From a virus (taxonomy: Duplodnaviria > Caudoviricetes), in IMG/VR virus record IMGVR_UViG_3300043434_000734, positions 1-64,000 of that record: a DNA stretch of 64,000 nucleotides. The stretch is one strand, 5' to 3'. Each line of letters opens with the position of its first letter. Within the stretch, counting starts at the first letter, position 1. A program made the translations under genes and the position numbers. This document shows positions 58,769 to 64,000 of the stretch, in pieces. The notes beneath the pieces are model-generated. The model had not been told where the DNA came from, made no database searches, and saw nothing but the letters and a program-made list of their open reading frames with translations.

Positions 58769-60151
58769 TTATTGATTTTTGTTTGCTAATTCTTGTCTCT
58801 TTTTAAATGCTTCGGCCGCCCTATTAGCATTATTTTGTGTTCTTTGTTCTTCGTGACCTAATAACGTATTTTGAGATTCTGTGTCGATATTAAGAAGTCG
58901 ATTATCAAACTTACAGTTTTGCCAAATAATACCGTCTCTACCAATACGTGACTTAAGTAGTGTTAATGTTGCTAAGTTATGCTCTTTTTGTTCTAAAGTC
59001 TTACCAATCGATAAAATAACGTGAGCAATTTGTGCCTTTTTAATCGATCCTCCCATTTGGTCTCCCGTTACAACCTCAGATGAGATTGATTCACGATTAC
59101 CTTGTGTTGCGGTCCATATTGCCATATTAAACTCACTTGTCATTGATTCTAAGCTTCTCATAACTGAACCTTCACCTTTCCACTCTTCACCATTTGTTGA
59201 TTTATCAGATGATATACAATCAACATAATCCAACACTAATAAGTCAACTTTATACCCATTTTCTGAATTCATTTTTCTTAACTTATTTTTGATTTCAGAA
59301 ACAGTTACGTTATCACTTGCTAGTTTTAAAAGTTTAATACTACCTGTTGATCTTTCCTGAGCCTCCATTACTTTTTTTGTAACCTCTTCTTTATGTTCAG
59401 GTTGATCATCGGGTGCAATATCCGTCCAAATTGTAAAGTGTTTTCTTTTAATATTACCCGGATTATCTTCGAAGAAAATCTGAACAACATTGTACCCTAA
59501 ATTATATGCCGTATTTGCAAACTTTGTTAATAACGTAGTTTTACCAGTACCTGTTGGTGCTAAGACAATACCTAACTCACCAATACCTAATCCACCTTTT
59601 AATACCTCATCAACCCCAACGATACCCGTTGCAATTGGTAATCTAAAATCTTTTTCTAAAGCCCCTTCGATATCGTGAAACACGTCAGTTGCCTCATCGT
59701 TTGAGATTCCAACTTGTAACGCCTTTTGAATGATTTCCTCAATTTTATTGTATGCTTCGAACTCACCGCTTTCAATAATACTATTCACATTCTTTAACTC
59801 TCTTTTTAAATTCTGTTGTTTACAGAAATTAAGTGCAGTATCTTTTACATATTCAGTTTGTGATTCGTTATCTTTAATTGCCTCTAAGGTATCTACGTGG
59901 ACTTTGGAAGAATCTTTATTACCTCCCTCGGCCATAATTTTCTGTGCCAAGGTATTATAATCAGGTATTTTACTATAATTTTTGTAAAGTTCTTTAATGT
60001 TCTCCATAATAAATCTAAACGAATTATTTTCGAAAAACTTACTTTCCAATACATCGATGATAGTCTCACCGTACTTCTTGTCCTCAATAATCGCTTTAAT
60101 AAGTGATTGTTGAAACGAAAACCCCAAATACCCAAAATTCCTTTCTTCCAT
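58769..60151 (-). CDS. Replicative DNA helicase (DnaB / T4 gp41-like)
   Basis: Walker A APTGTGKT, VLDY, ATQGNRE and KSRIG. Confidence 0.92.
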   Translation of the reverse strand: MEERNFGYLGFSFQQSLIKAIIEDKKYGETIIDVLESKFFENNSFRFIMENIKELYKNYSKIPDYNTLAQKIMAEGGNKDSSKVHVDTLEAIKDNESQTEYVKDTALNFCKQQNLKRELKNVNSIIESGEFEAYNKIEEIIQKALQVGISNDEATDVFHDIEGALEKDFRLPIATGIVGVDEVLKGGLGIGELGIVLAPTGTGKTTLLTKFANTAYNLGYNVVQIFFEDNPGNIKRKHFTIWTDIAPDDQPEHKEEVTKKVMEAQERSTGSIKLLKLASDNVTVSEIKNKLRKMNSENGYKVDLLVLDYVDCISSDKSTNGEEWKGEGSVMRSLESMTSEFNMAIWTATQGNRESISSEVVTGDQMGGSIKKAQIAHVILSIGKTLEQKEHNLATLTLLKSRIGRDGIIWQNCKFDNRLLNIDTESQNTLLGHEEQRTQNNANRAAEAFKKRQELANKNQ

Positions 60152-60176
60152 TTTTATTTTTTAATATGTGTTAAAA

Positions 60177-60632
60177 TTACAATTCGTAGTTGAGATATGT
60201 TGTCTCTAACTCTTCTGAAGACAAAATGTCTGTTAAATCTGACAAAATTCTCTTCAACTTTGGACGAATATCGACCGTATATCTAACCTTTGGATGGTAG
60301 TAATATGCTGGAAATATCCTTTGAATAAATACGTCGTCGCCGAACTTAATTTCTAATAAAAAATGTTCTTTTAACTTATCATCTTCATCATCCACATTCT
60401 CGGTAGATAGAATATAATTTTGATTTTCACACAAATAGTTGGAACTTTTTATTTTCAAATCTTCACTAAGATCTTCACAAATATTTTTTAAATAATAGTG
60501 TAGATCCATAGAACGACGTGCTTGTGGTACGTGGTCTCTAACATTAAAAAATCTTTGACATACGATGTGACCCTCTAATGATAATAGAAACTCAAACTTT
60601 GTGATGTTGTCCTGGTTTTGGTAATTACTCAT
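60177..60632 (-). CDS. Hypothetical protein
   Basis: 151-aa ORF within the replication operon. Confidence 0.75.
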   Translation of the reverse strand: MSNYQNQDNITKFEFLLSLEGHIVCQRFFNVRDHVPQARRSMDLHYYLKNICEDLSEDLKIKSSNYLCENQNYILSTENVDDEDDKLKEHFLLEIKFGDDVFIQRIFPAYYYHPKVRYTVDIRPKLKRILSDLTDILSSEELETTYLNYEL

Positions 60633-61647
60633 TGCTTTTAATTTTGATTGTTTTTGTTTTATTTTTTTCTTTTCTTGTTAATCTAAGGAATGGATTTAGG
60701 AACATTGTCCAACGGTCGTCCGATTTTGGTAACGCCGTGAAGATTCCGTCCTCCATCATCATTCTCATAGTATTTTTATATGACCTACCTTCGGGGTCTA
60801 AATTTTCGTTGATTAATAAATCAATCCCTTCCTTTGCTTCGTCAGTTAAAAATGGATTATCTAAACTCACGATACGATTATTTACATCAAAAAATTCCTC
60901 ACCAAATACACCGTGTTTTGTTACACCTGTAAGTAAATTAGCAATTAATTTGTTATGTTTGTCTTGTTCAAATAAAATATTACATTTGTCTTTAACTTGT
61001 TCAATCGTAAGTTGTTGAGTTCTTAGTTCAGGAAATAACGATAAAAATCTTTTTACTCCCATTCCTCTTATACCGGCAATATTATCTGAAGAATCTCCAC
61101 ACATCATCTTAACTAATCGAACATTCTCGATTAAGATTTCTTCGTGGTCATACACAATCGTATCGTTTTGTTTATATAGTTTTTGGTGTGAGGGATTAAA
61201 AATTTGAGTTGTCTCTGAAACAAGCTGAGTTAAATCACCGTCTGAAGAGTAAACTATTTTTCTTTCGTTTGGTGAATTCTGAGTATAGTAAGCGATGTTA
61301 TCATCAGTCTCACAATACTCATATTCCCCCTGTCTTACAAATAATTCCTCAAGATATTGTTTTATTCTATCTCTTTGATAGTTGTACGAATTTAATTCTT
61401 CTTCAGTTCTAATTCTTTGTTTTCTGTTTTCTTTATAATGTATATAAATTTTCTTTCTGGTTTGTGAACCTTCAAGACCATCCCAAAAAACAACAATCTT
61501 ATCTAATTGGTAAGTCTCAAATGCCCTTCTAAGAGTATTAAGAAAATGATATATTCCTCCAATATGTTGCCCTCTATAGAACATATTCTTGACACCATAG
61601 AAACCAATAGTAAGTAAATTATCACCATCAACAAGTAATACAGACAT
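60625..61647 (-). CDS. 5'-3' exonuclease / flap endonuclease (T4 RNase H-like)
   Basis: LLVDG, VFWDG, YKENR, ETDD, SSDGDL, GDSSDNIAGIRG.G.K. Confidence 0.92.
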   Translation of the reverse strand: MSVLLVDGDNLLTIGFYGVKNMFYRGQHIGGIYHFLNTLRRAFETYQLDKIVVFWDGLEGSQTRKKIYIHYKENRKQRIRTEEELNSYNYQRDRIKQYLEELFVRQGEYEYCETDDNIAYYTQNSPNERKIVYSSDGDLTQLVSETTQIFNPSHQKLYKQNDTIVYDHEEILIENVRLVKMMCGDSSDNIAGIRGMGVKRFLSLFPELRTQQLTIEQVKDKCNILFEQDKHNKLIANLLTGVTKHGVFGEEFFDVNNRIVSLDNPFLTDEAKEGIDLLINENLDPEGRSYKNTMRMMMEDGIFTALPKSDDRWTMFLNPFLRLTRKEKNKTKTIKIKSNE

Positions 61648-61656
61648 TAAATTATA

Positions 61657-62637
61657 TTATAGATCACTCTCTTCTGTTACAACTTGTGTATCTGCGATGT
61701 CTGTAACATTAACACCTAATTGTCTACCAATATACTCACCGTTATCACGTTTGTACTCTTCAATAGAACGTTTTTCTTCAGTATCATCTTTACCGTGCAT
61801 AAACCCTTGTGGAGTTACCAAAATACGTCCATCCTCATATCCACCACCATTAATGTGATTTTTACTGATTGAGATTTTAGTTCGTGTTGCGATTCTGATT
61901 TTTCTCTTATCTTTAGTAATTGAAATTTTAGTAGTTCCCGCACCTTTTTGGTTTCCAAATAAGAATACTAATGATGAGTTTAACCATATGGCTTCACCAC
62001 CCTTAGCTTTAATTTTTGGTTGACCAAAAGGATTATCAGGTAATTCCACCCAAGGTTGGTTAACAATAACCAAACTGTTCGTATATGTTTTATCCGTTCT
62101 TCTTGAACCTGAAATACGTTGATTAATACCCATTCCGATTTTGTCCGCCAAAACCGATGCATTATGTTGTTTACCACCTTTACCGTCGTAAGTCATTTTA
62201 CAAGGAACCGAACCAACTGAATCCCAAAGGAATAATAAATCGTAAGGAATATCACCCTTTTCTTGAGCATCCATTAATTCATTGATATAATCTGTAATTT
62301 GTTCAATGTATTCAAAGTCACTATTAAAAAGGTATTCCCCATCTTTATCAAACCCCATTAACTCAGCGTGTTCCCAACTCCATTTTTGTTCAGTAATAAT
62401 GAACACAGGGAGAATACCTTTCTTTTGTGCATCAACCGCCGTTTTTACTAACGCAGTGGTTTTACCCGTATCACTATGTCCCAATAACATATTGATGTGA
62501 CCCATAGCCGGTCCGGGAATTCCTGTTGCTTCATTAAACGCATCTCCTAAGTCGAAGAAACGATCGGCCTTATATTCGGCCTCTTTAGAGAATTTCTTCT
62601 TGATTGCTGAGAAATCTGTTTTTTTAATACCTGCCAT
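61657..62637 (-). CDS. recA: RecA/UvsX-like recombinase
   Basis: Walker A GHSDTGKT, LWDSVG, VNQ and GG.A motifs. Confidence 0.88.
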   Translation of the reverse strand: MAGIKKTDFSAIKKKFSKEAEYKADRFFDLGDAFNEATGIPGPAMGHINMLLGHSDTGKTTALVKTAVDAQKKGILPVFIITEQKWSWEHAELMGFDKDGEYLFNSDFEYIEQITDYINELMDAQEKGDIPYDLLFLWDSVGSVPCKMTYDGKGGKQHNASVLADKIGMGINQRISGSRRTDKTYTNSLVIVNQPWVELPDNPFGQPKIKAKGGEAIWLNSSLVFLFGNQKGAGTTKISITKDKRKIRIATRTKISISKNHINGGGYEDGRILVTPQGFMHGKDDTEEKRSIEEYKRDNGEYIGRQLGVNVTDIADTQVVTEESDL

Positions 62638-62649
62638 TGTTTTGTTTTT

Positions 62650-62678
62650 AAAAATGGGGTGGGTATTTCACCACCCCG
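62650..62678 (-). terminator. Intrinsic terminator after the SSB gene
   Basis: GGGGUGG/CCACCCC stem followed by AUUUUU on the minus strand. Confidence 0.75.
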
Positions 62679-62707
62679 TGAATAATTAGAACGATAAGTT
62701 AACCATC

Positions 62708-63550
62708 TTAAAATGGTAAGTCCTCGTCCGCTTCATCATCTAATTGTGGGTCAACCACAGGTGTTGATGATTTTGGTGCTGCGATTACCTCTTCAGCGGT
62801 TGAGTTTGAAACCCATTTGTTACTTGTAGTATCCCAACGTGGAACCTCACCTTTAGCGACCATCTCTAAGTAGTCTTCACCTTTCTTAGAATAAACATCA
62901 GACCACGTTGTTTCGTCGTCTAACCACGTCTTAGCAACGTTTGCGTCTATATGTAATGCAGTTGGGTCATCATTCAAAACTGAATTGATTACTGTGTATT
63001 CTTTACCTGTCCCTGCTTTAGTTAATGTCAATGATAAAATTAAATCACGACCGTTTTCTGGATTTGTAATATCACCTTTATTACGAAAGATTGGAAAGAT
63101 TTTATCGATAACACCATCACCTTTTGCGTTGTGTTTAAATCTCCAAAATTTAGGTCCGTCTTGTTCGTGATCTCGGTCAATAACTTTTACGATATAAAAC
63201 TTACGAGAACGATAGTTACGAGCCAATTCTTTATCAGAATCAACACCAGTCATCATTAATCCTTCGTAAACTTCATTTAATGGGGAACGTTTACCTTCTT
63301 GTGCTGGGTCATATAATTTTACCCATTTTCCGTCCACCTGTACTTCGTGAAATTTAACTTCTACGAATGGAGAACTACCATCTTTAGTAGGTAGGATACG
63401 GATACGTCTTTCTTCACCCTTAGAACCCTTAGGTAATACGGTGGTAAAATAACGTTTCATACGGTCCTCTGAGGACATTTTGTTAGAGTTGCCACTTGTG
63501 GCGTTCTTGTTCTTCTCGTACTGTGCCAGTACGGCATCAAATGTTGACAT
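62708..63550 (-). CDS. Single-stranded DNA-binding protein (T4 gp32-like) with a host-SSB-like tail
   Basis: RRIRILP...PF.EV.FH, FYI.VI, G.D..L and GRDL gp32-like motifs; acidic tail ending DEDLPF. Confidence 0.8.
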   Translation of the reverse strand: MSTFDAVLAQYEKNKNATSGNSNKMSSEDRMKRYFTTVLPKGSKGEERRIRILPTKDGSSPFVEVKFHEVQVDGKWVKLYDPAQEGKRSPLNEVYEGLMMTGVDSDKELARNYRSRKFYIVKVIDRDHEQDGPKFWRFKHNAKGDGVIDKIFPIFRNKGDITNPENGRDLILSLTLTKAGTGKEYTVINSVLNDDPTALHIDANVAKTWLDDETTWSDVYSKKGEDYLEMVAKGEVPRWDTTSNKWVSNSTAEEVIAAPKSSTPVVDPQLDDEADEDLPF

Positions 63551-63593
63551 AATAAGAAATTTAAGTTATAAAATGTTTATAGTAAAATATAGA

Positions 63594-63621
63594 CAAAAAA
63601 AACCGGATTAGGAAATCCGGT
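63594..63621 (-). terminator. Intrinsic terminator after the Dps-like gene
   Basis: ACCGGAUU-UCCU-AAUCCGGU followed by a long U-tract. Confidence 0.85.
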
Positions 63622-63661
63622 CTAATAATTTTTAAAACTATTTTTTAATCAATAATGTCGA

Positions 63662-64000
63662 TTATTCTTGTGTTAAAAGATACGATAATTTGTAAGTAAC
63701 ACCTAAAATTTCGTCTCTTAAATTTAATAAGTTTGTGTCGATTGGTTCAAATTCATCTGTAAATTGATTAAGAGCCTCCACAATCGTGTTAACCATACCT
63801 TTTACACTTAATTCTGATAAGTTTTGTAATTGTAATGTTTTTGTGTCGTCTTCCAATACAAATCTACCATATTTACCCATCGCTTGTTCCACAAACTCAT
63901 CAATTAAGTCATTTAACTCGCCGTGAATCATACCAAACGCATTGTGTCTTGAGTAACCTTTGGTTTGCCAATGCATTATTTTAAATTGTACCTGTGTTTC
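63662..64000 (-). CDS. Dps/ferritin-like (DUF5856-like) protein; 5' end outside the window
   Basis: HWQT.G...H...G.....L..LID.F.E pattern. The frame stays open from 63976 to the window edge (ETQVQFKIMHW), so the true start is probably upstream. Confidence 0.75.
   Translation of the reverse strand, partial: ETQVQFKIMHWQTKGYSRHNAFGMIHGELNDLIDEFVEQAMGKYGRFVLEDDTKTLQLQNLSELSVKGMVNTIVEALNQFTDEFEPIDTNLLNLRDEILGVTYKLSYLLTQE

Noticed and set aside
55345-62637. Introns or inteins in nrdA, nrdB, helicase or recA
   Set aside because: All are contiguous, of ordinary length, and without visible intein (C...HN) or LAGLIDADG insertions.
1-64000. Stop-codon reassignment, as known in some huge phages
   Set aside because: Conserved genes (nrdA, nrdB, clpP, helicase) are full length in the standard code, and TAG, TGA and TAA all end genes at sensible positions.
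1-64000. tRNA genes
   Set aside because: Intergenic gaps are short, and none showed a cloverleaf or TTCG/T-loop pattern by eye; tRNAscan-SE would confirm.

Overview
AT-rich, densely coded 64-kb segment of a large T4-like tailed phage (jumbo/huge myovirus type) in standard genetic code. All convincing genes are on the minus strand except one two-gene inverted cassette (16726-17516). From left to right: (1) 1-12.5 kb, a Pro/Thr-linker protein cut by the window edge, then three large proline-free collagen-like (Gly-Thr/Ser-Ser)n fibre proteins built from repeated modules; (2) 12.6-27.9 kb, host-takeover and accessory genes: glutaredoxin, thioredoxin, free-standing GIY-YIG endonuclease, AAA ATPase, NusG, Dam-like MTase, Hc1 histone-like protein, putative internal head proteins, a degenerate amidase, a sigma-70 factor, three membrane coiled-coil proteins and ClpP; (3) 27.9-35.2 kb, recombination and replication: gp46/gp47-like nuclease, PD-(D/E)xK nucleases, primase, RuvC-like resolvase; (4) 35.2-55.2 kb, a baseplate/tail block with gp6-like and gp25-like genes and Pro/Thr-linker, Cys-rich proteins; (5) 55.3-64 kb, nrdA, nrdB, helicase, 5'-3' exonuclease, RecA/UvsX, gp32-like SSB and a Dps-like protein. 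Several features point to a Bacteroidota host. No tRNA, CRISPR array, integrase, transposase, intron or intein was seen. The best leads are a recurrent TATTTAT late-promoter-like motif just upstream of start codons, including one inside a hairpin that covers the GIY-YIG start codon; two candidate structured small RNAs (34442-34510 and 55247-55340); a candidate -1 frameshift or slippage site (A10 run, 22882-22891); and a modular, partly duplicated fibre and appendage gene system. Family assignments come from motifs recognised by eye; no database search was run.
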